A stretch of 64,000 nucleotides of DNA. Origin: Myxococcota bacterium (GTDB lineage: Bacteria > Myxococcota_A > Polyangia > Polyangiales > Houyiibacteriaceae). The translations under genes and the position numbers were made by a program. Under the pieces are notes generated by a model, which saw only the letters and a program-made list of their open reading frames with translations, had not been told where the DNA came from and ran no database searches. The DNA lies in the NCBI GenBank assembly GCA_039030515.1, contig JBCCEA010000014.1, forward strand, positions 32,338-96,337. Reading direction: 5' to 3'. Shown in pieces: positions 20,862-30,427 of this stretch (position 1 is the first letter of the stretch; each line of letters starts with the position of its first letter).

Positions 20862-21653
20862 CTACAGCCCGTCGAGACCTGCTAACGGATCGTCGCTGAT
20901 GCCGGTTGCTCGACTACCCATCGACGCAGCTCCCATATCGGCGCTTCGTTCATTCATCGTAGCGCTGTTTGCTCCCCGGGCTCGGGCCGCCCGAATCGCG
21001 GCAAGCCGTCGGGTTCGCGCTGTGCCCTCCGGTTGGCGTGTTTCTGCTTGGGCCGCGGCCTGTGCTTCAGCTTCTCGGCGTGCGTTTTCAGCCTCTTGCC
21101 GCGCATGCTCCGCCGCCTCGGCCTGCTCTCGCAACTCAGCCGCCTCTGCCGCTTGACGCTCGTGGTTGGCCCGCTCCTGATCCGCACGGGCCTCTGCCTC
21201 GGCAAGGCTTTGCGTGAATACATAGACTCCAGTGGCCCCGGCGCCCATGAGCACCAGCATCAAAAAGCCCAGGATCAACGGCGAGATGCCTTTTCGTTCC
21301 TGAGCTTTTAGTGCGGCCATTTCGCGTTCGTGGGCCAAGAGCGCTTCTTGCTCTTTTGCACGAGCTGCAGCCTCCGCCTCGAGTCGCACGCGAAGTTCAT
21401 GCTCTTTTCGTTCACGTACCAGGCGCTCTTCTTCAGCGCGCACTGCACGGTCCTTGGCCACCCGCGCTTCTTCTGCCTCGCGAGTTCTGCGCTCCTCCTC
21501 CTCACGACGTCGGCGCATTGCCTCGGCACGTGCCTCTTCGGCCGCTTTTGCTTGTCGAAGTGCTTCGTCTTCCTCAGCCTGGATGCGATCTGCCTCAAGG
21601 GACATCAGTTCCTTGAGGTTAAAGAGTACAGAGGATTCCTTGTCGTCAGGCAT
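20862..21653 (-). CDS. Coiled-coil single-pass membrane protein (TolA-like composition)
   Basis: N-terminal ESSVLFNLKELM motif, E/R/A-rich coiled coil, one TM (LILGFLMLVLMGAG), second coiled coil. Confidence 0.75.
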   Translation of the reverse strand: MPDDKESSVLFNLKELMSLEADRIQAEEDEALRQAKAAEEARAEAMRRRREEEERRTREAEEARVAKDRAVRAEEERLVRERKEHELRVRLEAEAAARAKEQEALLAHEREMAALKAQERKGISPLILGFLMLVLMGAGATGVYVFTQSLAEAEARADQERANHERQAAEAAELREQAEAAEHARQEAENARREAEAQAAAQAETRQPEGTARTRRLAAIRAARARGANSATMNERSADMGAASMGSRATGISDDPLAGLDGL

Positions 21654-21705
21654 CAGAATGGACTCTCTCTGGGCATCAGAAGAAAGATTACTCGAATACC
21701 ACAAA

Positions 21706-21735
21706 AAAGTAGCAGTTGTGGGTCGGTATTGTCAA
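21706..21735 (-). promoter_or_regulatory. Putative sigma70 promoter
   Basis: Minus strand TTGACA-N18-TACTTT with an extended TGn, about 50 bp upstream of ATG 21653. Confidence 0.55.
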
Positions 21736-21880
21736 TGAAGAGCAGCGCACGAAAAGAGTCAGGGTTGATCTCAAACTCCTCGAAATCATTGGTGCTCCAG
21801 CGGGTAACGCTGCGAGTTGGTTCAGCCAAGAGAAATGTAATCTAGACAACGTCTCAGCCTATCGAATCTCTACTTCCGCC

Positions 21881-22894
21881 TCATTCTCGCCAAAAGAGTT
21901 TCCAAGGGTTGTGTTTCAGATCGCGGAGCATTTCCTGGATATCGTCGTAAAGCTCTTCGTCCATCATAAGCGCCCCCACGGTGCCTTCACCCGAACGGAC
22001 ATGCGAAACGATCGCTTGAGCATCTCCCAGTGTCCCCTGCGCAGTCCGAGTGAGCTGAGAGATGTCTGCAATGGTGTTTTGCAGCTGAAGTTGTTGATCA
22101 GGGCCGATCACATCCAGAACGCCGTTTGCTTTCGTGGTGGTTTCGCGGACTGCAATCATGATCGGAGCGATGTCGCGGGCCACTGCCTGCATAGTCCGAT
22201 CGATATTCGCGAGCGTGCGCTGTACTTCGGCGCCGTCGATCGTCTCTCGTGCAGTATTCATCAGGGCAGAAGCTTCTCCTGTAGCCTCCTCAACATTTTG
22301 AATGATACGTGCAAGCTGAGGCCTATGCTCGGTGAGAAGCTGGTTGACCGATCGAAGAATACCTCCAAGGTTTTCGAGCATCTCCTTCAGTTGCCCACGA
22401 TGGTTTCGGAAAAGGCCGACCATATTGTCCAAGAGCTCGTAGGCGAGAGCCATTGCAAGGTCCAACCGAGGCGGGTCGACGCCGACCACTACGGCATCCT
22501 CAGCCAGCACCGGACGTTCGTAGCTTCCAGGGTCGATGGCGATAAGACTTTCTCCAAGCAGACTTTGGGAAGTGACGTAAAAGAGTGCATCTTCATGGAC
22601 TGTGTCGCGCACCGATTGATCGATAGCTAGCTTGACGCGAATCAGAGCACGGGTTCCGGTTCGCGGATCAAGGGCTCCGCCTCGATACTCGATCGCGTCG
22701 ACCGAACCCACCTTGAGACTGCCGATCTGGACAGGAGCGCCCGGTTTGATACTTCCGGGATTATCGAAGTCGACGTAGACCGTGTACTTTGCGGAGAAGT
22801 CAAATCCACCAAGGGTAAAAACAAAGCTCACGAGCAGTCCCAGGGCTGCCAGCACGAGCAATCCAACTCGGATTTCGAGAGAGAGGCCTTTCAT
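21881..22894 (-). CDS. mlaD: MCE/MlaD-family lipid-binding protein with long helical C-terminus
   Basis: EIRVGLLV TM, F..PGSIKPGAPVQIGSLKVGSV, SQSLLGE..IAIDPG, GEGTVGALM..LY...NPW. Confidence 0.92.
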   Translation of the reverse strand: MKGLSLEIRVGLLVLAALGLLVSFVFTLGGFDFSAKYTVYVDFDNPGSIKPGAPVQIGSLKVGSVDAIEYRGGALDPRTGTRALIRVKLAIDQSVRDTVHEDALFYVTSQSLLGESLIAIDPGSYERPVLAEDAVVVGVDPPRLDLAMALAYELLDNMVGLFRNHRGQLKEMLENLGGILRSVNQLLTEHRPQLARIIQNVEEATGEASALMNTARETIDGAEVQRTLANIDRTMQAVARDIAPIMIAVRETTTKANGVLDVIGPDQQLQLQNTIADISQLTRTAQGTLGDAQAIVSHVRSGEGTVGALMMDEELYDDIQEMLRDLKHNPWKLFWRE

Positions 22895-23637
22895 ACTTCC
22901 ATCGGTCCTTCGGCCTGGCCGTTGATAAACTGCTGCACGACGGGATCGCCCGCCTTGCTAAAGTCTTCAGGTGTTCCAAGCAAGCGCACTTGCCCCTGAT
23001 AGAGCATCGCGATCCGATCCGCGATCGAGAAGATGCTGACGAGGTCGTGGCTCACGACGATGCAGGTCACCCCGAGATCGCTCGACAGCCTACGGATCAT
23101 CCGATCCACTCTTCTGGCGCTTACGGGATCAAGTGAAGTCGTAGGTTCGTCGAAAAGAACGTATTTGGGTTGAAGGGTGAGTGCACGCGCGATGGCCACT
23201 CGTTTTCGCATGCCGTCCCCCAGTTCTGCGGGAAAAGCGTGGGCGAACTCCTGCATCTGAACCTGCTCGAGATATTGCGTTGCCTCTGAACGCGCGGCTT
23301 CAATTTCGAGGTGTTTATGTTTCCTCAGCGGCAGTGCAACGTTATCGAGGCAGTCGAGTGAGTCGAATAGAGTCGAATTCTGGAACACCATGGCGCAGCG
23401 TTTACGCACCTCAAAGAACTCTGTCTCGGTAAAGTCGGTGATGTCCTCTCCATCGAGGAAGATCTGACCCCGATCCGGGTGAAGCAGTCCGATCAACTGC
23501 TTGATTAGAACGCTTTTGCCAGCTCCGGAGGCGCCTATGATAAAAAAGCACTCGGCATCTTGAACTTGAATGTCGACGCCTCTGAGGATCTCCGCCTGTC
23601 CGAAAGACTTATAAACATCATGGAAGCTTATCGGCAT
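22891..23637 (-). CDS. mlaF: MlaF-like ABC ATPase (degenerate signature LGDGM)
   Basis: GASGAGKS, VFQ, LGDGM, VLFDEP, VSHD, DPVVQQFING..EGP tail. Confidence 0.9.
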   Translation of the reverse strand: MPISFHDVYKSFGQAEILRGVDIQVQDAECFFIIGASGAGKSVLIKQLIGLLHPDRGQIFLDGEDITDFTETEFFEVRKRCAMVFQNSTLFDSLDCLDNVALPLRKHKHLEIEAARSEATQYLEQVQMQEFAHAFPAELGDGMRKRVAIARALTLQPKYVLFDEPTTSLDPVSARRVDRMIRRLSSDLGVTCIVVSHDLVSIFSIADRIAMLYQGQVRLLGTPEDFSKAGDPVVQQFINGQAEGPMEV

Positions 23638-23647
23638 GCGAGGCCTC

Positions 23648-24439
23648 TTAGGCGGGTAGCACCACGTAGGAAACGGTGCTGATGAAGAAGTTGAGAACTA
23701 TGATGGCAAAGCATGAGCCGACGACCGCGTCGGTAGTGGCTTGACCGACTCCTTGTGAACCTCCGAAGGTAGCGAGTCCTCGATGTGAGGATACGATAGC
23801 GATCGCCGCTCCGTATGCGACGCATTTGATCAAGCCGACTGCAAGATCGCCCCAGGTGACCAAGTCGTAGTTTAGAAAACTACGGAAGCTCACGCCAAAC
23901 ATCAGATGACTGACGAGCATTCCGGAGCCGAGCGCCGCAGCACCCGCGCAGATCAACACGGCTGTGCTCATGACCACCGAAGCGATGAAGCGAGGCACGA
24001 CGAGGTAGTCTACGGGTTCTGCAGCGGTCATGCGCAGCGCATCGACCTGCTCGGTTACGACCATCGAACCGATTTCTGCGGCAATTCCGGCCCCTACTCG
24101 GGTGGCAAGGGGCATCGCCCCGACTGACGCAGCGATGTCGCGTACCAGGAGTTTGATGTAGCTGGCGCCCAGCATACTGAGGTCGGGCAGCAATTTCTGC
24201 GATTGGGTCGCCGATTGATAGGTGATGATGGCGCCAATGAACCCCATCGTTATGTTCATGAACAAAAACGAACGATTGCCTATCGCATACATTTGTGCGG
24301 CGATCGCTCCAGGCTCTCGTGTGCCCCGCACGCAGTAGTAAAGTGTTCGGGTCAGGAGATGATAGAGCTCCATGACCCCTCCGAATCCACTACGGATCGC
24401 GCTGCCAAGATTCCATCCCCGTTGTTCGTTGGTCTTCAT
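23648..24439 (-). CDS. mlaE: MlaE-family permease
   Basis: RVGAGIAAEIGSMVVTEQVDALR, YLVVPR, GSQGVGQATTDAVV. Confidence 0.92.
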   Translation of the reverse strand: MKTNEQRGWNLGSAIRSGFGGVMELYHLLTRTLYYCVRGTREPGAIAAQMYAIGNRSFLFMNITMGFIGAIITYQSATQSQKLLPDLSMLGASYIKLLVRDIAASVGAMPLATRVGAGIAAEIGSMVVTEQVDALRMTAAEPVDYLVVPRFIASVVMSTAVLICAGAAALGSGMLVSHLMFGVSFRSFLNYDLVTWGDLAVGLIKCVAYGAAIAIVSSHRGLATFGGSQGVGQATTDAVVGSCFAIIVLNFFISTVSYVVLPA

Positions 24440-24451
24440 ACGCAGCAGGTT

Positions 24452-25237
24452 TCAACCGAGGATGAAAGTACAGAGGTAGTCGACGATAAAAATGCCGGCG
24501 GCAGCAGCGACCACCGCCGCGTTAACACCGCGACCTACGCCGGGCGCGCCACCACGTACCGTGAGCCCAAAGTGACAGGAAGTAAGCGCAATAAGTCCGC
24601 CGAATAGAGTGCTCTTAATCAAGCCGCTGAAAAGATCCCACGTTTCGATCATCGTGGAGACGGAGTTCCAGAAGGTGCGTGGGCTAACATCGAGAAGTAC
24701 ATAGCCGGTGAGCATGGAACCCAAAAGAGCGACGGCGTCACCCAGTATAGTGAGTGCAAATAGGGTAAAGACCATGGAGATCAATCGCGGCAGCACGAGG
24801 TAATTGATCGGATCGATAGCCAATGCACGAAGCGCGTCGATTTGTTCGGTGACCACCATGGTGCCAAGTTCCGCAGCGTTGTTGGCGCCCACGCGGCCGT
24901 TGAAAATGAGGGCGATGAGCAGTGGGCCTACCTCACGAAACGTGGTGTAGGTGGCTCCCCATCCTACCCATTCGCGTGCGTTGAATCGCACCAAAAGAGG
25001 GGCTGCCTGAACGACCATGATCGCTCCGGTGAATGCGGCTGTCGCCATGACGATCGGCACGGAGCGTACACCCATAAGATGCAAGTTGCGGATGAGTTCG
25101 TGTCGGTCGATACGGGGCCGGATAAGTCGGGCGACAATGCGAGCCAACAGCAACGCGAGTCCGCCGATCTGATGGGCGAGTATGAGGGTGGATGCGCCCA
25201 GCCTGATCGGGATCACCAAAGGAGAGGGGCGGTTCAT
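24452..25237 (-). CDS. mlaE: MlaE-family permease
   Basis: REVGPLL, GRVGANNAAELGTMVVTEQIDALRALAIDP, GGAPGVGRGVNAAVV. Confidence 0.92.
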   Translation of the reverse strand: MNRPSPLVIPIRLGASTLILAHQIGGLALLLARIVARLIRPRIDRHELIRNLHLMGVRSVPIVMATAAFTGAIMVVQAAPLLVRFNAREWVGWGATYTTFREVGPLLIALIFNGRVGANNAAELGTMVVTEQIDALRALAIDPINYLVLPRLISMVFTLFALTILGDAVALLGSMLTGYVLLDVSPRTFWNSVSTMIETWDLFSGLIKSTLFGGLIALTSCHFGLTVRGGAPGVGRGVNAAVVAAAAGIFIVDYLCTFILG

Positions 25238-25968
25238 AGGGGACCCTCCGTGTGCCCGTGGACAAACTGAAGTACGCGTGGATCGTCAGCACGTTGCGCT
25301 TCTTCGGCTGTGCCTTCGAATATGAGCTCCCCTCGAAGAAGCATGCCCACGCGGTCCGCGATGGTCATCACCCCGGCTACGTCACTTGAGATCACCACGA
25401 CGGTAGCCCCAACCTCACGTTGATCTGCAAGGATCAAGTCGTAGATCTTTTGGCTCGTCACCGGGTCGAGTCCCGCGGTAGGTTCGTCGTAAAGGCGAAT
25501 CGGGGGTTTGGTCACCGTTGCGCGGGCGAATCCTACCCGTTTTTTCTGCCCACCTGAAAGTTGTCGAATATCTCGATCCTGAAATCCGCTCAGATTAACT
25601 CGCTCCAATCGCTCGGCCACACGATGCGCTACTTCGTTGTCGCTAAGGTTCAACAGGCGGCGCAAAGGGAAGGCGATGTTCTGGCCGACCGTAAGAAAGT
25701 CGAAAAGTGCGTAGTTTTGAAACAGGTATCCCATTCGCTTTCTAAGTTCTGCGAGTTCGAATTCGTCCATCTGCGTGATCTCGCTTCTGTCGACTTCGAT
25801 GGAACCATCGTCAATCGGCAAGAGCCCGGCGATCGACTTGAAAAGCACACTCTTTCCGCTCGCACCCGGTCCGATCAGTGCAAAGACTTCGCCTTTTTTT
25901 ATTTCTAGGGAAACGCCTTTGAGCACGTGGCGTCGGAATCGCTTGTGCACGCTTTGGACACGAATCAC
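25234..25968 (-). CDS. mlaF: MlaF-like ABC ATPase (H-loop His replaced by Ser)
   Basis: GPGASGKS, LFQ, LSGGQ, LYDEPTAGLDP, VISSD, QFVHG.TEGPL tail. Confidence 0.9.
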   Translation of the reverse strand: MIRVQSVHKRFRRHVLKGVSLEIKKGEVFALIGPGASGKSVLFKSIAGLLPIDDGSIEVDRSEITQMDEFELAELRKRMGYLFQNYALFDFLTVGQNIAFPLRRLLNLSDNEVAHRVAERLERVNLSGFQDRDIRQLSGGQKKRVGFARATVTKPPIRLYDEPTAGLDPVTSQKIYDLILADQREVGATVVVISSDVAGVMTIADRVGMLLRGELIFEGTAEEAQRADDPRVLQFVHGHTEGPL

Positions 25969-26092
25969 GTCAGCAGCACCTTAGCTACCAGGACGGTCGA
26001 AGACACCTGATGCGTGCTCTTTCTCGTGAAAATCTCGTTTTCAGTCGTGTTTGTTCCGATTTGCGCGTTTTACGTTCCGAGAGTCATCGCGG

Positions 26093-27916
26093 TCATTGAA
26101 CGCTAAAGCCGTAGCGTGCTCCCATTCGCGGTGCACCGAAGCTCGGAAATCGAATGCTCTGCACCTTCGCTGAGATGCACGACTTGAAGGCAGGGCTTCC
26201 CTGTCTCGGGCTCGCGCCTAGAACGGAGCCGTCACTCGCGATGGCCAAGTCGATTTGAACGTTAGAGAGCTGCTTGCCCCGACGAAGCTCTTGCCCGACG
26301 CAGCTAAAGAGGGAATTGATGTGTCGGTTCATCACGGAGCTCACTTGGGCTCCCGAAAGTTGTCCACCTCCGCCAGACTTTGTGACGTCGCCGAATTCCA
26401 CGACTTCATTCATCGCTTCCTCGTAGGATAGGCGTCCCTTTTTTCTTCGGGTGCCCTGTCTGGACGCCCGCTTGCCCTGCCCACGTCGACCGGAGGTAGG
26501 AAGCACATTTGCGTTTCCGGTGATCTCCACCTCTCCAGACTCGTAGAGAGCGGCCTGGTCGTTTCGCGCCAAGGCGGTTTCCTCGCTTTCGCCTCGAGTG
26601 AGGACATATCTAAATATTCCTGCTCCAAAGAGCGCCAAAACGACTGAAGCGCCAACGACGATAGCGAACTTCGAGCGCCGCTCCTTACGCTCTGCAGATA
26701 CAAGAGCAGCCTGCTGAGCCTGTGCAGCGCTCGATAGACGAAACTGTTCGACAAACCCTCGGAAGTCTGCAGCTTCTCCCACCGTCTGGCGCGCGCCAGT
26801 GTCCATATTGGTCAGGCCATGCTCTGCGCGAACTTCACCAGAAAGGATCATCTTAACCAGTTCGCGTCCGGAAAACGGTCCGTGGTCGAGACGGTCCTTC
26901 GCGATCATCCATCTAGGAGAACCGTCTTCGGAGATCGATTTGGCTAACGCCTTTAAGTCGGCCTCAGGACTGGACGGCCCAGAGTTGCGAGTCGTCCCAG
27001 AGGAGGGAGCATCGGCCTTTTTGGGTTTTGGGTTAGGAACCGAGCTCACCGATTCATCGTCCGAAACTCCGAACTCCGCGGCGAAATCGACCTTAGACTG
27101 GGTCGCCATCCAAGGATGTAACGCAGTGCGCAGTTCCTCGGGGGAGCTAAATCGTGCCTCGGGATTTGCCGCCAGACACGCAACGAGTACCTGATCCAGC
27201 GTTTCGGAAGCCTCGGGATGGACCTGGGATGGGGGCATAAAACGTTCGGTTGGGGAGCGACCGGTAAGCAGCAAGTACATCAGGGTTCCAAGTCCGAAGA
27301 TATCTGCCGGGAGCCGAGGTGCGTCACCGGCTCTCACCTCAGGGGCGAGGTAGGACTGTTCGATCTGTCCGAGGGATGCTGCGCCTGCGCTGCGAACCAC
27401 CGTGTGGCTTACCCCAAAATCGGACACCTTAATCTGCCCGAGAGAATCCAACCAAACGCTGCTCGGACGTAGCGCGCCGTGAGTGATCCCTGCTGCGTGT
27501 GCGCAATGGAGCGCGTCGCATACGCGTGAGATGATCTCAAAGCTGACCTCAAGAGAGATGTGCTCCCTCCGCTGCTCAGCGAGCTGCCCGAGGGTTTGAC
27601 CTTCGATCCATTCGCTAGCGACGAAAGGCGTGCCGCTTGCGTCTGTGCCGACGCCATACGTGTCTGCAATATGGACGTGGCTCAAGGCTGCAGCTTTTCG
27701 ACATTCCTCCCGCAACATGCTCATTCCGGCTTGCCCGAGCAATCCTTTGGCGAGTAGGCGAAGGGCAACACGCTTGCCCGTTTTCTCATCTACAGCTGAT
27801 AAAACGATTCCAGTAGGATCCTCTGAAACCTCTGATTTTACGGCAAAGCGTCCGCCAATGAGCCTGCCTATTGGGCCTGTCTTGCCCTCGCTGTTGGCTA
27901 CTGAGTTCGCAGACAT
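26093..27916 (-). CDS. Ser/Thr pseudokinase with GYF-like domain, TM helix and AgmX/TonB_C-like periplasmic domain
   Basis: Hanks-kinase layout with VALR (K to R), HGALRP (HRD lost), DFG, YLAPE and DIFGLG; W..KDRLDHGPFS..EL GYF_2-like segment; TM; C-terminal SC...IDLAIASDGSV...KSCI...IRFPSF. Confidence 0.8.
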   Translation of the reverse strand: MSANSVANSEGKTGPIGRLIGGRFAVKSEVSEDPTGIVLSAVDEKTGKRVALRLLAKGLLGQAGMSMLREECRKAAALSHVHIADTYGVGTDASGTPFVASEWIEGQTLGQLAEQRREHISLEVSFEIISRVCDALHCAHAAGITHGALRPSSVWLDSLGQIKVSDFGVSHTVVRSAGAASLGQIEQSYLAPEVRAGDAPRLPADIFGLGTLMYLLLTGRSPTERFMPPSQVHPEASETLDQVLVACLAANPEARFSSPEELRTALHPWMATQSKVDFAAEFGVSDDESVSSVPNPKPKKADAPSSGTTRNSGPSSPEADLKALAKSISEDGSPRWMIAKDRLDHGPFSGRELVKMILSGEVRAEHGLTNMDTGARQTVGEAADFRGFVEQFRLSSAAQAQQAALVSAERKERRSKFAIVVGASVVLALFGAGIFRYVLTRGESEETALARNDQAALYESGEVEITGNANVLPTSGRRGQGKRASRQGTRRKKGRLSYEEAMNEVVEFGDVTKSGGGGQLSGAQVSSVMNRHINSLFSCVGQELRRGKQLSNVQIDLAIASDGSVLGASPRQGSPAFKSCISAKVQSIRFPSFGAPRMGARYGFSVQ

Positions 27917-28054
27917 CGAACAACGACTCCTGTTCGTCGAGGCTGTTTGTCGGGTCTGACTGGCGAGGATAGCATTGTCTCGCCGAGACGGGCTACGTCC
28001 CGGTGATGGAAACGAAACCCGCTTTGGTAGAGATGTCTCCGAGGATTTTTCTGC

Positions 28055-28708
28055 TCACATGAGCTGACGCCGAGCTTCTGTTTCTAAGCGGAAAGAGACT
28101 TCAATCTTCGTAGGCGCATGTGGGACGGGGCGGCGCAGTGTCAATCCAAGTGCCCGCGCTCGCATACAGCTCAGGGCATCTTCTCCAAGCTTTGGGCTGC
28201 CTGAGACTTCGTTGCTGCGAACGTAGGCTCTGGAGACGGTACCAGATGAGGTGACGTGAATTTCAAATTCCAGGTCGATGGGCTGCCGCGCACGAGTTTC
28301 CGAGTGGATGCAAGAGGCGATGGGTTCCTTCTCCAACGCCGCACGTATTTCAGTCTCAAGATCCCGAGCCGAACCTAGAGCTCCTGCCGGAACGTCGGCT
28401 GTTTTTTTGAGGGCGGTCGTGTCGGGACTTTGCTGTGCGCCTCTGGGCCGTGGCCTTGGAGGGGTTCTTGCGGCGAGCGTCTGCAGGTTGCTGCTGGTGT
28501 CTTGCACTCTTGGTTCGCCCTGTTCGTTGAACGCGGTTTCAGGGGTGCTTGAGGTAGGTCGACCAGGTGCGCGCCTGGTTCCTCGACTGTGCTCAGTGCT
28601 GCGCTCGTTTCCGCACCCCGAAAGCAGAGGCCATGCCGGCGAGCTGGCGGCGATCAAGATGCTTGCCGTGACAACGTTCACCTTGAGTCGCCTACGTTTC
28701 GCGGTCAT
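28055..28708 (-). CDS. Lipoprotein with AgmX/TonB_C-like domain
   Basis: LLSGC lipobox; IASC...FEIHVTSSGTVSRA...SCMR...IEVSFRL pattern. Confidence 0.65.
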   Translation of the reverse strand: MTAKRRRLKVNVVTASILIAASSPAWPLLSGCGNERSTEHSRGTRRAPGRPTSSTPETAFNEQGEPRVQDTSSNLQTLAARTPPRPRPRGAQQSPDTTALKKTADVPAGALGSARDLETEIRAALEKEPIASCIHSETRARQPIDLEFEIHVTSSGTVSRAYVRSNEVSGSPKLGEDALSCMRARALGLTLRRPVPHAPTKIEVSFRLETEARRQLM

Positions 28709-30393
28709 TCGCTGCGAGCGTAGTCGATTTCCACGTTGCGTTTGGCGTAAAGTCGTCCTCGAAGGGCCCCTACGACGTCGTCAGCAAGTTCCCTCGGAAC
28801 TTCGAAGAAGCTGTGGGTGTCCTTGATGCGTATGCTTCGTATTTGCGCTCGAGTGATACCGGTGTGCTCCTCGACAAAACGACCAAGCGCCTGGGGGCGA
28901 AGTCCATCGCGTCGACCTAGGTTCAAAAACAGCTTTTCTCGAGACACCGTTTCTTTATCGAGGATCTCTTTGGGCTCTTGATGTTCTTCGGATCGAGTCT
29001 CAGCGTCATCACCGCAGGCTGGCTCCACCCGTGCTCTTCGTGCGGCGGCGGCGACCTCATCTACATCCTCGGCCTCTCCGAAAAAGGCTGATAGAAGACC
29101 ACCGAGAATGCGCTCGGCATCGCGATGAGTCTGTAAACGTCGCGCCAGAGCCGCATCGAGCTCGCTTGGTTGATTTGGGAACGCCTGCGTCAGCATGCAG
29201 ATCCGATCCATTTCGATTCGGGTTTGCGCTTCTCCTTCCGAGGGAAGTGAGCGCTCTGCTGGGAAGATTTTGTACTGTAGTCGTATATAATAAAGCGCAC
29301 CGAGTTCTCGCGGGCTTACGAGGGAGATCGCAGTTCCGGTGCGTCCGGCGCGACCGGTACGGCCGGTGCGATGAATATACTGCGCGGGAGCCTCGGGGAG
29401 CATGTAGTTGATCACGTGGGTGAGATGAGAGACGTCGATGCCTCGTGCCGCGACATCCGTCGCTACGAGATACCGAATCTCGCCGCTTCGCGTGCGCGCC
29501 ATCACCTTTTCGCGTTCGCTTTGCGGCAGGTCGCCGTTTAACCAGTCCGATGTAAATCCAGAGGACTTCAGTTCAGATGCAACTTTTTCGGTTTCCATTT
29601 TTGTGTTGCAAAAAATGATGGCGCTCTCTGGATCTTCAACTTCTAGTATTCTCACCAAATCCCGGGCGCGTCCCAATCCGCTAATGGAGTAGGTGAAGTG
29701 AAGGATGCTCGCAGCGCCGATGTCGTTGCCGGAAAGCATGATGAACTGCGGATCGTTCATGTGACGCTGAGCCATGCGCTGCACGTCATCATCCACGGTG
29801 GCGGAGAAGAGCAGGGTCTGTTTCGATCGAGGCAGTTGATCTAAAATTGCATTCAGTTCACGGGCAAACCCCATCGAGAGCATTTCATCAGCCTCGTCGA
29901 GGACCAGTACCCGGATGGTTTCCACGTTCAAGGTGCCTCTCAGGATGTGGTCCAGAACGCGCCCGGGGGTTCCGCTAAGAATCTGAGGGCCTTTCTTGAG
30001 CTCTCGAATCTGACGATCCATCGGCGCGCCGCCGTAGAGCGCGAGGATCTTTAGGTTGCGATACGCTGCGAGGGACTCTAGTTCCCTAGCGCTTTGAAGG
30101 GCCAACTCCCGAGTCGGTGCCAGTAGAAGCGCCTGAGGTTCGTTGCGAGGCTCAACGATCTTGTCGACGAGCGGTAGCCCGAAGGCACCTGTCTTCCCGG
30201 TTCCTGTCCGGGCCTGTACTACGAGATCGGTGCCCGCCACGGCAGGCGGGTAGGTTTCAATTTGAACTGGGGTCGGATGTAGCCATCCGAGTTCATTCAC
30301 CGCTCGCCGTACCTCTGAAGTTAGTGGCAGCTTATCGAAAGTCGGAGCCAACTCGGCTTCGGTGGGTTCAGCAGGTGCGTTTTTGGAATTCAT
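28705..30393 (-). CDS. deaD: DEAD-box RNA helicase (DeaD/CsdA-like, DbpA-type C-terminal RNA-binding domain)
   Basis: Q motif PTPVQ, ARTGTGKT, PTRELA, TPGR, DEAD, SAT, HRTGRTGRAG, LFLNLGRRDG. Confidence 0.9.
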   Translation of the reverse strand: MNSKNAPAEPTEAELAPTFDKLPLTSEVRRAVNELGWLHPTPVQIETYPPAVAGTDLVVQARTGTGKTGAFGLPLVDKIVEPRNEPQALLLAPTRELALQSARELESLAAYRNLKILALYGGAPMDRQIRELKKGPQILSGTPGRVLDHILRGTLNVETIRVLVLDEADEMLSMGFARELNAILDQLPRSKQTLLFSATVDDDVQRMAQRHMNDPQFIMLSGNDIGAASILHFTYSISGLGRARDLVRILEVEDPESAIIFCNTKMETEKVASELKSSGFTSDWLNGDLPQSEREKVMARTRSGEIRYLVATDVAARGIDVSHLTHVINYMLPEAPAQYIHRTGRTGRAGRTGTAISLVSPRELGALYYIRLQYKIFPAERSLPSEGEAQTRIEMDRICMLTQAFPNQPSELDAALARRLQTHRDAERILGGLLSAFFGEAEDVDEVAAAARRARVEPACGDDAETRSEEHQEPKEILDKETVSREKLFLNLGRRDGLRPQALGRFVEEHTGITRAQIRSIRIKDTHSFFEVPRELADDVVGALRGRLYAKRNVEIDYARSE

Positions 30394-30427
30394 AGTGTTA
30401 CGTCGGAGCGCGTTGGTGGGGTGTTCG

